From Squalus acanthias (taxonomy: Eukaryota): a stretch of DNA of 64,000 nucleotides. The notes under the pieces were generated by a model. The model ran no database searches. It was not told the DNA's origin and worked only from the letters and a program-made list of their open reading frames with translations. Below are positions 47,880-58,759 of this stretch, piece after piece. The position numbers and the translations under genes were made by a program. Location of the stretch: contig CM059433.1 of the NCBI GenBank assembly GCA_030390025.1, positions 15,626,001-15,690,000 of the forward strand, read 5' to 3'. The stretch's first letter is position 1, and every line of letters starts with the position of its first letter.

Positions 47880-49679
47880 ATGGTGACCGCTGCAGGACTC
47901 TGGCAGCGAGAGAGTAATGTTTTAGACCCTGGTGTGAATAGGCGAAATGTGATGGATGAGAGGGTAGCTGACTATGTGTTTGGGAAGGTTAACTTAACCA
48001 AAAGGTGGATAAGTGACCTACTGATGGATAAACGTCCGCTAGACGCAGCCATCAAATGGACAGGCAGTAAAGAGCATAAGAAGTCGGTAGAGAAAGCGGT
48101 CTGGCTGATGTGCTACAAGAAGCAAGTCCAACTTTCGGACCAGGTCATTGTAGCACAGGCAGCTCAGATCAGGGAATTGGAAGTTGAGATGGAGGAAAAG
48201 ATCACGGGAGGACAGAAACTCATTGCATCCTTGAATGCGTTACATCAGGAACGCCAGATAGTAGCCAACCACCATGAGGCTAAAATTGATTACCTAGAGT
48301 GTCAGGTCACGGAAGCGAAATTAAACGAGGGTAGGATTAGAGAACGGTGTGCCCGCCTAGCTAACCAGATAAAAGCCCAGGAAGAAAGCTTGAAGGGAGT
48401 TAGGGCGGCATATAAGATGGCCCTCGAGGATAGGCATGAGGGAGCCGACCACAGTGTTTGCCAGAAGGAGTTAGGGAACCTAAGAGAGGCCCTGAATAAG
48501 GCAAACGGCTTGGTGTGCCTCATCAGCCCGTCAGCAAACCAGCCACAGGTGGGTAGGGAATTCCCAAAATCCCTACCAGAAAAAGCAGAGGAGGTATTTG
48601 CCACTGCGCCCTCCGCGCCACCCAGCTATTCGGCAACCTGGGAAAGGGAGGAAGTGGTGGAAATAGAGAAGGAGGTTCCCGAGGTAGGACAGTCCCCGGA
48701 GGTAGAGCCGAGACCGGGACCGATGTGTCCGCTCCGAGGTCACAAGAGAGGCCCGGGTGGGGCAAATGGGGCAGAGGGGGATGTCCTGAACCAGCTTGTA
48801 TTGCCTCACAGCTCACACCAGCTGAGAGCAATGATTAGCCATGTATGGAAGCTGTCCGAGTCAGACGACCCTTCCGTACACTTTAGGGAGGTAGAACAGA
48901 CCGCAGCAATTAATGGCTGCGACGATGTGGAAAAGACCAAAATGTTGCTGTTCTCGTTAGATAGCTCGATCCTTCAGTGTCTCTCAGACGAGAGCAAGAA
49001 GGGGAATAAAACCTATGAGGAGTTACGGGACGAGATCCTAGAAGTGTTAGGGGCGGATGACGAAGGTCCGTTCGTCAGATTGAGTCAAACCATACAGATG
49101 GAGGGAGAACCCCCGAAGGTTTTCGCCGATAGGCTGTGGCCAGTATACCAGCGTAGCTGCCCAGGTGTGCCAGGGCGCGATTACCTGAACGGTGCCGGTT
49201 TAACTCACTGGCTCAGGTGTTTAGTAGCCAACAGTTTGCCAGCCGTCAGGGAGCAGGCCAAAGCGTGGTTTGATCCCACTAACCCCGCCACAACAGAGGA
49301 GTCGGTCCTAAATCGACTCACCATAGGGTATCGTAACACTAGGAGCACGGGAGCGCGTCCCCTTAAGGGAAAGGTGCATGAGGCACGGCCCGCAGCCCCG
49401 GCTCAAAAGGAGTGGCATCAGGAGGGAAACCGCGCCCTGCAAACCAGTGGTGTTTGTCACGGGTGCGGGAAGACAGGTCACTGGCGTAAGAACTGTAGGA
49501 ACCCCTGGAAGGACCCCAGGGATAAAAATCCCGCAGCCCGAACCCAAGCGCCTGTCTCTGAGAGAGGAGCTGGTGTGCCTATCCATCCCGAGGCGATAGA
49601 ATCAATGTTAGGAGCCATGCGGGGTCTCATGACCTCGCACGGGGAGGTAGCAACAGCCCCATACCACCCAGGCTTCTGA
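47880..49679 (+). CDS. gag: Gag of provirus C (599 aa)
   Basis: ATG at the position homologous to A and B (MVTAAG). PSAPPSY at 48609-48629. CHGCGKTGHWRKNC. Confidence 0.92.
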   Translation: MVTAAGLWQRESNVLDPGVNRRNVMDERVADYVFGKVNLTKRWISDLLMDKRPLDAAIKWTGSKEHKKSVEKAVWLMCYKKQVQLSDQVIVAQAAQIRELEVEMEEKITGGQKLIASLNALHQERQIVANHHEAKIDYLECQVTEAKLNEGRIRERCARLANQIKAQEESLKGVRAAYKMALEDRHEGADHSVCQKELGNLREALNKANGLVCLISPSANQPQVGREFPKSLPEKAEEVFATAPSAPPSYSATWEREEVVEIEKEVPEVGQSPEVEPRPGPMCPLRGHKRGPGGANGAEGDVLNQLVLPHSSHQLRAMISHVWKLSESDDPSVHFREVEQTAAINGCDDVEKTKMLLFSLDSSILQCLSDESKKGNKTYEELRDEILEVLGADDEGPFVRLSQTIQMEGEPPKVFADRLWPVYQRSCPGVPGRDYLNGAGLTHWLRCLVANSLPAVREQAKAWFDPTNPATTEESVLNRLTIGYRNTRSTGARPLKGKVHEARPAAPAQKEWHQEGNRALQTSGVCHGCGKTGHWRKNCRNPWKDPRDKNPAARTQAPVSERGAGVPIHPEAIESMLGAMRGLMTSHGEVATAPYHPGF

Positions 49680-50732
49680 CTGGAACCGGTGCAGCCTGCC
49701 TACCTGTGTCCCCTTGAAAGACACGCACAGGAGGGGGTCTCCTGTAAGGAGGCCAGGTTAAAAGAGCAGGCCTTACGGGAGGAGAACACCCGTTTAATGG
49801 GGAAAGTAGACGGGCTAGAAGGGCAGCTTAGAGACATAAAAGCAGCCTACAGCGTAGCCAGGAGCAGGGAGTATGAGGATTTAAAACAGAATAGAAATCT
49901 GCAGCCTCCAGCAGGCGAGATTTCACAGAATGCACAAGCAGGGGCGGTGGCCTGTCATAGGGGAGGGGCCAGACCTGCGAGAGGGGACTCTCAGCCCAGG
50001 GTAGCAGCCTGCTTGAGGGGAGAGGACATTCTGCAAAAGTGTAGGAACTTTTCTTGGTGTTGGGATTCAGATGAGGAAGAGCTCGAGGAGCTCGACCAAG
50101 GTAGTGACCCGATCGGAGAGGTGCTGGGGTCGGAGGACAGAAGTTTCGTCCTCGACTCAAGCTCAGAGGAGATAGGGGCTGCGAGTGGAGATCCACACAG
50201 GGTGGAATCGGAAACTGCAGATCCCGAGCCCAGGGGGGCGGAGCTAGGGGAGACGGAGCCAGCGGCTGTGGTAGGACCACAGGTCGTGACGGTGGAAGTC
50301 TCAATACCCGGTCCGTCAGCCCTGGAAGTCTTGCCCTTGGGGGAGGTAGGGATTGCGAGTGGAGGACCACATACTGGGCCAAGTAGGGTGGAACCAGAAG
50401 CTGCAAATCCCGAGTTCAGGGAGGCGGAGCCAGGGGAGACGGAGCCAGCGGCTGTGGTGGGACCACAGGCCGTGACGGTGGAAGTCTTGGTTCCTGGTCC
50501 GTCGGCCCTGGAAATCTTGCCCAATGTAGCCCTCCGTAGGTCAAGTCGGACACCCCAGCCCAGGAAGCCGTGGTCAAGTCCCCCGTACGCCCCCAGACGT
50601 AAGTTCAAGGTCAAGGCAGCCCAGGGAGATCCCAGTCCCAGCGCAGCGGCGACAGGCTGCGGCAGATCAAAGGAAGGGGTCAGTGCCCCCCCGCCACTGG
50701 GAAAAGCTCGTGGCAGCCTTCGCAGAATTTAG
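49680..50732 (+). CDS. ORFX of C: open 350-codon readthrough extension of Gag that replaces pol
   Basis: In frame after TGA-CTGG. Starts LEPVQPAYLCP like the B pol leader, then a coiled coil and an acidic, Pro-rich tail homologous to the B Pol C-terminus. Confidence 0.75.
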   Translation: MEPVQPAYLCPLERHAQEGVSCKEARLKEQALREENTRLMGKVDGLEGQLRDIKAAYSVARSREYEDLKQNRNLQPPAGEISQNAQAGAVACHRGGARPARGDSQPRVAACLRGEDILQKCRNFSWCWDSDEEELEELDQGSDPIGEVLGSEDRSFVLDSSSEEIGAASGDPHRVESETADPEPRGAELGETEPAAVVGPQVVTVEVSIPGPSALEVLPLGEVGIASGGPHTGPSRVEPEAANPEFREAEPGETEPAAVVGPQAVTVEVLVPGPSALEILPNVALRRSSRTPQPRKPWSSPPYAPRRKFKVKAAQGDPSPSAAATGCGRSKEGVSAPPPLGKARGSLRRI

Positions 50733-51007
50733 GTAGGCCGCCCTGGGAACGGGCGGCGCTGTACAGTATAAGTTTATAAGTTTATAAGTTTAAGTTTAAG
50801 TTTGTAAGTTTGGTAAGTTTGTAGTTTAATTTTATAAGTAAATGGTAAAGTGATGGGAGTTTTAGTGATAGGAATAGTTAAAGTCTATCCAGAACACATG
50901 TCTTTTTACGTGAGACGAGGTCAAGGGACCCGCTCACCCTTCACAAAAGCCAGAGACTCTTGGGAGGCTGGCTACATCATTTTATCTGATCACAGGAACC
51001 AGGAAAG

Positions 51008-53359
51008 ATGGAAAGGATTCTGATAGTGCTCGCAACGATCGGATATGGATTGGCCTATCGGGGCCTCACCAAGGATGTCGTTGTGTTTGGTTGCTCCGGG
51101 GACACGGCCCCCATCGCGACGGATGGGACCGGGGAGCGAAAGGCTGAGGAAACCGCCACTTATTTCCACAAGGGAAGGTGGCCGGGATGGCTGGGAACGA
51201 ATTCGACGGAATACTCCAGCGCATCCGGATTTCACTATAAAGAGACTTCTTTACTGTGCCCCAGAGTGAGGATCATTGCACCCAGGATCAGCGTCACCGT
51301 CGGCAAAAGGATTTGTTTGACATGCAATGGGAAGGTCCCATTGAGCCGATGGTGGTGGTTACGGAAGTTAAGCAAGAATATGAGAAATTCCTCGGTCGAG
51401 TGGGAGCGATTGGGTAACAATACCCATCGGACAATTACGGGGACTAACGGACAATTGAAAGTCTGTTGGGACAAATGGTGGGAACCGGATGAGGGAATAT
51501 ATGTTTGTATGTGGGGATCAAAGTACGTTTGCCCCAAGGGTATATCCATATTTTTCGTACACCAGTGGCAGGACAACGGGAAAGGGATGAGGTGGGATGT
51601 CAGCACCAAGGGGCGCGGGGCTCCATTCTCCCCGATCCTGGTAAACGCCACTGAACTCATCACGCGCCCACGCAAGGCTCCGCCCACGATTCCGGTGGTT
51701 TTGGCTCAGGAGGAAGGGTGCCCTAAAACCACTAAGGGGCCCGGGAATGGTTTGGTACTGGTCCCAACAGACCAGATACTATTTCAGGGGGTACATTACG
51801 CGGTGGCCTCGGTGATTCTAAATCTCACCGAGGTGCGTTTACCAGAGTGGTGCCCCAAAGAGACGGAACAATTGTACCAGGTCCTGTTGACAAACATGTT
51901 CAGACAATTCTACGAGTTTGATTTTGCAGAGATTGACAAAACAAGCTTGTACACCACACCACACGAAGTTTTGGGTCAGGTGGGGAGACAAAGAAGGGGT
52001 ATTGTGAACGATATGTTCACCGCCTTTAATACAGGAACATCTGTGGTCAACGCTCTAGACAACGTGGAGCTGCAGACCCAGATCAACGGTTTAAAAACAC
52101 AGTTAAAAAGCATCCTCACAAGCGAAAACAAGGTAGTAGGGTCTGAGTTACATGAGGACCAGGCCATGAAGCTACACTTAAAAGAGATTATAGCAGAGCT
52201 GGAGAAGCATGCGAGAACGGTAAATGCCCTGATCAGGGAAAATCGGAATGCATCCGATCAAGCTGCGCAGAACGAGGTGTGCGTACTATACGGGGCGTGG
52301 TTACTGGGCGAGGGCCGCAGTAATTTGGAGGATTTAAAACAAGGTTTGGTCCCGTCCTGGATAAGTAACAAACACCTGCAGGCGCTCCACCCTTTTCAGA
52401 ACGCATTAAGCCCGTGCCAGCTCAGGCTAGCCTCAGAGGCATACCCAGTCCCCGTGGACTGCGGACGGTCAAACCATACCATCATGGGTATAGTACTACG
52501 TATTCCGGTTTTGGGCGACACAGCAGAGCCCGCCCCGGTGTATCGGGTAGAGAACATTGGTGACTTTCAGGGGGGAGCCCACATTCGCTACGCAGCGGTC
52601 CCACCTTACGTCATCCGCTGGGAGCAAACGATGACAGGTACCGACCTATCGAGTTGTCGTTGCCGGGGAGCACTCATCATCCTGTGTCCCCAGCACTTGT
52701 ATGCCTTTTTAACACTACAATGCGGGTTCAGAACGGCTGGTGCGAAGCCCATGAATTGCACCATGGAGGCAATGACACAAGATCATGTGCCTCCGCAGGT
52801 GGCATACATAGGGGGTGGAACATATTGCGTTACCACTGCAGCGCAACACTACCAGCATGGAAACCACAGCCGGTGTCCGGTGAGTGACAGCAGTTTCTGT
52901 TTTAAACCCAGGGCTGAAGTTCAAGTGGCACAGCAGAGAATTGTCCCGATCCCTGAAACATCCACTGTTCATCTCACAGTAAAAGAGAATTTCACCGACT
53001 TGCAGCGATTCGTCGCGCATTTCGGATACATCATTCCCCCTCTCCCTGAACACCTCACCAAGCTTTTGAAAGCCGTCGCGGTATCACAAAAACATTTTTA
53101 CACCCTGGAACAAAAGACTGTAGAAATAAGGACAGAAATTTTGGACATAGTAATCCCACCGTGGTGGGACCTGTTCACTAATATTGAAGTTCCTTCATGG
53201 ATCAGGATAGCCTCCCACATTTTGGTAGTGTGCCAAGTAATAATTGTAGTGTACCTATTGGTCGTGCACTGCAAAAGAGGCAAGCGCCTCACAAAGCAGG
53301 AGAACACAGGAGAGTGGAGAGAACGTTACGTGCGCGTGAACGAGGAAAGTACCACATAA
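51008..53359 (+). CDS. env: Intact Env of C (783 aa): signal peptide, Ig-like domain, furin site, F-type fusion subunit, TM helix, short tail
   Basis: Uninterrupted ORF. RQRR at 51986-51997. N-glycosylation sequons (NST, NSS, NAT, NLT, NFT). Confidence 0.94.
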   Translation: MERILIVLATIGYGLAYRGLTKDVVVFGCSGDTAPIATDGTGERKAEETATYFHKGRWPGWLGTNSTEYSSASGFHYKETSLLCPRVRIIAPRISVTVGKRICLTCNGKVPLSRWWWLRKLSKNMRNSSVEWERLGNNTHRTITGTNGQLKVCWDKWWEPDEGIYVCMWGSKYVCPKGISIFFVHQWQDNGKGMRWDVSTKGRGAPFSPILVNATELITRPRKAPPTIPVVLAQEEGCPKTTKGPGNGLVLVPTDQILFQGVHYAVASVILNLTEVRLPEWCPKETEQLYQVLLTNMFRQFYEFDFAEIDKTSLYTTPHEVLGQVGRQRRGIVNDMFTAFNTGTSVVNALDNVELQTQINGLKTQLKSILTSENKVVGSELHEDQAMKLHLKEIIAELEKHARTVNALIRENRNASDQAAQNEVCVLYGAWLLGEGRSNLEDLKQGLVPSWISNKHLQALHPFQNALSPCQLRLASEAYPVPVDCGRSNHTIMGIVLRIPVLGDTAEPAPVYRVENIGDFQGGAHIRYAAVPPYVIRWEQTMTGTDLSSCRCRGALIILCPQHLYAFLTLQCGFRTAGAKPMNCTMEAMTQDHVPPQVAYIGGGTYCVTTAAQHYQHGNHSRCPVSDSSFCFKPRAEVQVAQQRIVPIPETSTVHLTVKENFTDLQRFVAHFGYIIPPLPEHLTKLLKAVAVSQKHFYTLEQKTVEIRTEILDIVIPPWWDLFTNIEVPSWIRIASHILVVCQVIIVVYLLVVHCKRGKRLTKQENTGEWRERYVRVNEESTT

Positions 53360-53754
53360 ACGGCCAGGATGACGCCGCTCCATTTTACCATGTGTGTTTT
53401 TGTAATTGATTGTTAGTTACGAAGATGTGTAACTAAGTTTAGAACTTTGTATTTTTAAAATGGTTGTTTGATTATTTTTTCCTTGTATAATAAAAACATG
53501 CATATACAGGTGGTGCGAGAGGCATCGGCCTGTTGCACCTGGATGGCGTATACGCAATGTAAGTTTAAAGGCAATACTGCCTACGGTTTGTCCAAGTCCA
53601 AACAATGTAATTTCCCTGGGAAATGAGGACGGCATGGAGGCCATAGATAGTTTAAGTTAAGGGAGTGTTTGGATGTGGAGAATCGGGATAATTTTGCTCA
53701 CCACCACTTTTAATTGATACGATAAGCGGAGTTATTCGCATCAACAGGAGGGAC

Positions 53755-55453
53755 TGTAAAGTTTCGCAATTATCGCGATTCGAAATAACGAGATAGAAGC
53801 AGATTCGTTTGATCAGTTTATTTAAACGAAATGCTGTCATGATTAAACAGGACACAGAAGCCTGTAAAATGGCTGCCGCGCATCGTGGCAGAAGTTTCCA
53901 GAAGTACAGTGGGCAGACAAGATGGCGTTCGAATAAACATTTTCAATATAAGACGGGGTCATACTCGATAAGCAGTGATAAAGACAGGATGCAACCTGTT
54001 TGCATTTGTGACAATAGCAAAAGATATGAGTGCTGGAATCGTTTTCCATGCACAAGTAAGGACCATTGTACTGGGCAATCGAAGGCCTATCCAGACACAT
54101 CAATACGCAAATACCCCCACGGCTCTACAATGAGAGAGCCATTCTCGGGTGATTAAACAAGTATTCGGGGGCCCCCAAAACCCAGCCAGGGAGGCTCCTA
54201 GCCGGTTCGACAATGGGGAAAACATTAACGGGTAGTTGGCCAGTCTCAGGTGCTACCGAAACCCGTTAAAGACAAGAATCACCCCATGCTGGGAGTTTTG
54301 AGCGCCAATATTTCATAAAGGACAAACATTAAGATTTGGGCGGGAGATAAGGGAACACAGCACTATAACTATAGACAACAAATGTCCATCGCTCTCTTAT
54401 TCGCTTGATTCATGCTCTTATCTCTGCGGACTCTTGACTGGGGCGGAACTCTGCTGGACGAGCAGCCTTCTGTGTTTCTCTGGACTCTGTTGACTCTGGA
54501 CTTTTAGCCGCACTGGACGGTTACTCGAATGTTGGGTGGAGCTCAAACGGAACGAGCCGCCTCGACGAAGGCCGGTGACCGGGTACACCATCCCGAGGGT
54601 CGGTAAACGGTGTCTGGACCCGAAGGCCCGAAGAGAAGAGACGAGACGAGACGAGAAGAAGAGGAGAAGAATCCACGTGCCGCCGCGGTCAGTAAACCCC
54701 GACCGCGCCCGAAAATATACAACCCATTTCTTGAACTCTACAGGTTACTGCACGAACTGGTCAAAGACTCTTTTTCGAATTCTATCGACAACTGGTGTCG
54801 GTACAGGAAGACTCTTCTTTGAGTTCTACAGCCGGGCCCGAGTGCTGTCGAGTTCTTCATGACAACAGGGAGCCCAGCCTGCTTGTCGCAGCAGCGAAGA
54901 TAAACAAGTGGGGTATAGAGACCCCTCCAAACACGTGACAGTCAGGCGCTGCAGCGAAACGAGCCGAGTGCCTCACTTTAAAATTCTCCGAAGTATCACG
55001 AGTGGTGAGCATGTTTCCCGATCCTACAAATCTAGATGTAGTGTAGGTATTGATAAGGGAGGGTGGTTTTTATTAAGGATAAAGTATAATGTGTTCCCCT
55101 TTTTACGATGTGCCGTGCGTTCTTCATTACCATAGACCAAGCTTTATGAATGTATGTATACTTGTACTCTTGTTAATTTGCGCCTATGACATGTACTTCA
55201 TGATCTTGGACGCTATGCAATAAAGATTTCCATTTCATACTATTCAACCGGGTCTATTCGAGTTTTTCTCTGCATTACTGCTCTCGCACCTAAGTCCAGT
55301 GTTAGAACCGTAAGGGCGAGTGGGTCGAACCACTCACAGGTGCTTATTGCAACAAGGCTGGCCGGAGACCAGAGCAAGCAATAGTATTAGGCAACGAAGG
55401 CCTAACCCCGTACCAGCACCGTCTGCGATACAAGCACGACACAACCCCTTACA
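53755..55453 (+). repeat. 3' LTR of provirus C (1699 bp)
   Basis: Follows the PPT, ends CCTTACA plus the TSD. Confidence 0.95.
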
Positions 55454-56249
55454 CTCTTATACACTAGTACCTCACAGTATGATTCCAGGCTCATGGTTTC
55501 TATCACAGGATCTATAATTAATTTGTTTTCACAGCAGTTCTTGCTCAATTTAGTAGTTTGGGTTCTTGTGCCAAACCTCATGTAGTCTTATAGAAAGAGG
55601 AAGGAGTAAGCCAGAAGTGCAGCAAAAACCTTTGGAGGGAAAACACAGCCATTAATGTCCACAGCAGTAGACTGGAGTACTGTGGGCGTTCCAGGTCACG
55701 ATTAAGAAGGGTTTCAGAACATAATGTCAAACTCGTTACTGAACATAAAGTTCAACAACAATAGATTGGAGATGATTGAATGAAAGCCTTGTTAGCTCTG
55801 CCCCAAGCAAAGATTCAGTTTCAAAAAAAATCATCTTACAAAGAGTTTACCTTGCTGCAACCTACATGCAGCTCATGTAAACTTGCTGAAACTGGAATAA
55901 TGGCCACCTATTTTTGAGATAAAGTATTGCAATTCACATATTTTTGAAAATCTACTTACTCCTAAATTAACATGTTAGGTGGAGGTTCAGAATTATAGGA
56001 AGAATGCAATGATCGAAAAATGTTATTTTTCAGAAAGCTGAAGCACTTCTTCCTTAAGTGTTGCAACATGGCTAGGGATGTCACCAGTTCTTAACGCACA
56101 TCCAGGAGTTAATAGTTGATAGAGTACAGTTAATTCAAAATACATAGATTACCTAGGTAAGAATAGAAGGAATGTTCGCTGTTTCTTTGTAGTTGATTAC
56201 ATCCTTTATTCTGCATCTCTCTAGACTTTTCGGAATATGGGCGTAATTA

Positions 56250-56650
56250 GCAAGGCCAGTATTTATTGTCCATCCCTATTTGCCATTGAGAAGGTGGTGA
56301 TGAGCCTTCTTCTTGAACCGTTGCAGTTCATGTGGTGAATGTACTGCCACAGTGCTGTTAGGTAAGTAGTTGTAGGATTTTGACCCAGCGACGATGAAAG
56401 AACACCGACATATGTCCAAGTCGGGGAGCTTGGAGGTGATGCTGTTCCCATGCACCTGCTGCCCTTGTCTTTCTATGTGGTGGAGGCCGTGGGTTTGGGA
56501 GGTGCTGTCAAAGAAGCCTTGGCAAGTTGCTGCAGTACATCCTGCAAATAGTGCTCACTGCAGCCACGGTGCGCCAGTGGTAGAGAGTGTGGATGTTTAA
56601 GGTGGTGGGTGCGCTGACGATCAAGCGTACTGCTTTGTCCTGGATGAAAT
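56250..56650 (-). mobile_element. LINE 3' fragment of the 8915-9853 family
   Basis: Reverse complement similar to 9410-9810. Confidence 0.8.
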
Positions 56651-57494
56651 ATTAGGGCACTGTTTAGCTGCCGGAAGTGTGGCCCACCACTCTGCTTCCG
56701 CTATGATCCTGTCCTGCAACCTGGAGATTGGAAGAGGTTACCCATGTCTATAGTGGTACAACAGGGGCACCCACTCAGTGGAGGAGCTAAAATCTCAGAC
56801 CTTGCTATTCCCAGACAAAGAGCCATACAGGCCAGGCTGGGCCAAAGATGTAACTAAGGAAACATGTTGCACCCTTCTCTCCCTCAATGTAAAACCCCAA
56901 ATCGAATGGTGATTACTGTTCAATTTGTGCTTGATGGTGCCAATCATGGCTTAAAAAGGCAGATGCGCATGCATCCTGCCCAATTGTCTTTCCCATCGAC
57001 TTCAATGGAAAATTTCACCTCATTATTTCCGAGGGCCTGTATTTTTCAGTATCAGTAAAGTATGTAAGAGTTTCATCTCATGTCAGCCATGCGCTGCACT
57101 GGTTCAGTAAATTTGCTGCATTACATTAAGGTCACAAGACCGTGGTAATTATCTAAGAACCACACTCCAGTTCTTAAACTTTGTAATGCCACCGAAGGTC
57201 TATTAGAATTGTATTTATTTTAATTATGACGTTTATCCCTTAAGGCTTTGCGAAAAAGAATCTATTTTGTAACAAATTTCTTATGCACTTCAGGTCTCAT
57301 GACCTTGTGATCTGTACTCAAAATATAATTTTACAATTTTTATTGAGGGAGATTTCTGCTTTTTGAGAGTCCCTTACATAATATATAATGTGTCAGCCAA
57401 GTAATTCTTAACATGTGGGGGAATTGAAAGTCAGTGCTTTCAACCAGTAGAAAACTCCATCAACAAATCTATATGATTAAACATTTTTGTCAGA

Positions 57495-57680
57495 GGGCTG
57501 ACCTTTCAACTTCGTCGGCGGCGTAAAATGGGTGGAAGTAGATCGGACGCTTGTTATACATCCCGCCCAATTTAACAATCTGCTGACCTCAATGAAGAAG
57601 AAAATCGGGTGGGATGTATAACGAGCGGCCAATCCCCTACCACCCGTTTAACTCCCGCACCAAAGTTGAAAGTTCTGCCC
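57495..57680. mobile_element. Small Harbinger-like MITE
   Basis: TIRs GGGCTGACCTTTCAACTT / AAGTTGAAAGTTCTGCCC and a 3-bp TSD AGA (57492-57494 / 57681-57683). Confidence 0.75.
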
Positions 57681-58759
57681 AGAGTCTCACTAATCACATT
57701 GCAGAACAAGCAACCATGGTCCATCCAACCAATCGCATGCCAGAACTTCAACCAATCCGAATTCAAAGACCAGTGGTCCTTCAACCTGTCTGTTCAATCA
57801 ATCAGTTCTCAGAGCCATCTATGTGGTGACATTGATGATCGGTTCAGGCACAAAAACAATAAATCATAATCTACCAAAACATTATTCCTGTGTCAGACAG
57901 CCACTATGAGAGTTTCTTAGCCACTCCATTGTAGGCTTAAAAAATAAACTTACTCACAAACCTTCCGGTCCCACCTTTCAATCACTCTCACGTTTCCCTC
58001 TGTCCAGGTCCTGCATAAAGTCAACAGTCGCAATTCTAGGTAGACCCTCATCCACTAGCACATGAATTACAATGACTCAGACCTTTGGATTCCAGGAGCT
58101 GACCCAACTCAGGATCATTGTGACGAACACATACAGATGTTCAGCATACCAACGGCAGATGTATCCCAACAAGGCTGTTCCTCCATGCCTTCCAGTGCCA
58201 CCTCCAGCCCCACAATGTTTTTCCATGCTCCTCTCCCTTTCTCAACTCTCCATGCCACACCTCTGGTTCATGGTTCATGGTTATGAGAGGTCACTAGAGG
58301 AGAAGGCAGCGGTGCAGGTCACTTAAGGAAAGGGATGCAGTTGGCAGAGATTGCTGGAGGAACAGAGAAAGCACCAGGAGCAGTGAGAGAGTAAAAGAGA
58401 TAACCACAGAGATAACGAGGGGGAGCAAGAGATGCAGGGAGAGAGTAACAAGAGAAGAAGATTTAAAAAAGGAAAGCGACAGGCACTCAAAAGAATGAAA
58501 GATTGAGTAAGACATATGAAAAGCAACAGAAAGAAACACAGGCAAAAAGAGAGTAACAAAAGCACAGCGACCAATGAACGGAGAGAAAGGGGAGAACTAC
58601 ATGAGGCAGAAAGAGAACTGAGAGGGAAAAACAGGGACAAAGAGGATAAGAGCAGAAGTTTGTTGCGTTCGTATGACATTCGCCTATCCACTAGTTTCGT
58701 GGCAGTGTTAATACACTTAAAATAAATGGGTTAATGCCTGATATGACTAACAGTAATTA

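Larger units (their letters stand above)
46195..55453 (+). mobile_element. Provirus C: pol-less member of a divergent subfamily with intact gag, ORFX and env (9.26 kb)
   Basis: TGTAAAG...CCTTACA termini, TSD CTCT (46191-46194 / 55454-55457), paired LTRs. Confidence 0.96.

Noticed and set aside
58294..58725. Hydrophobic and charged ORFs
   Set aside because: Produced by a GA-rich low-complexity tract.
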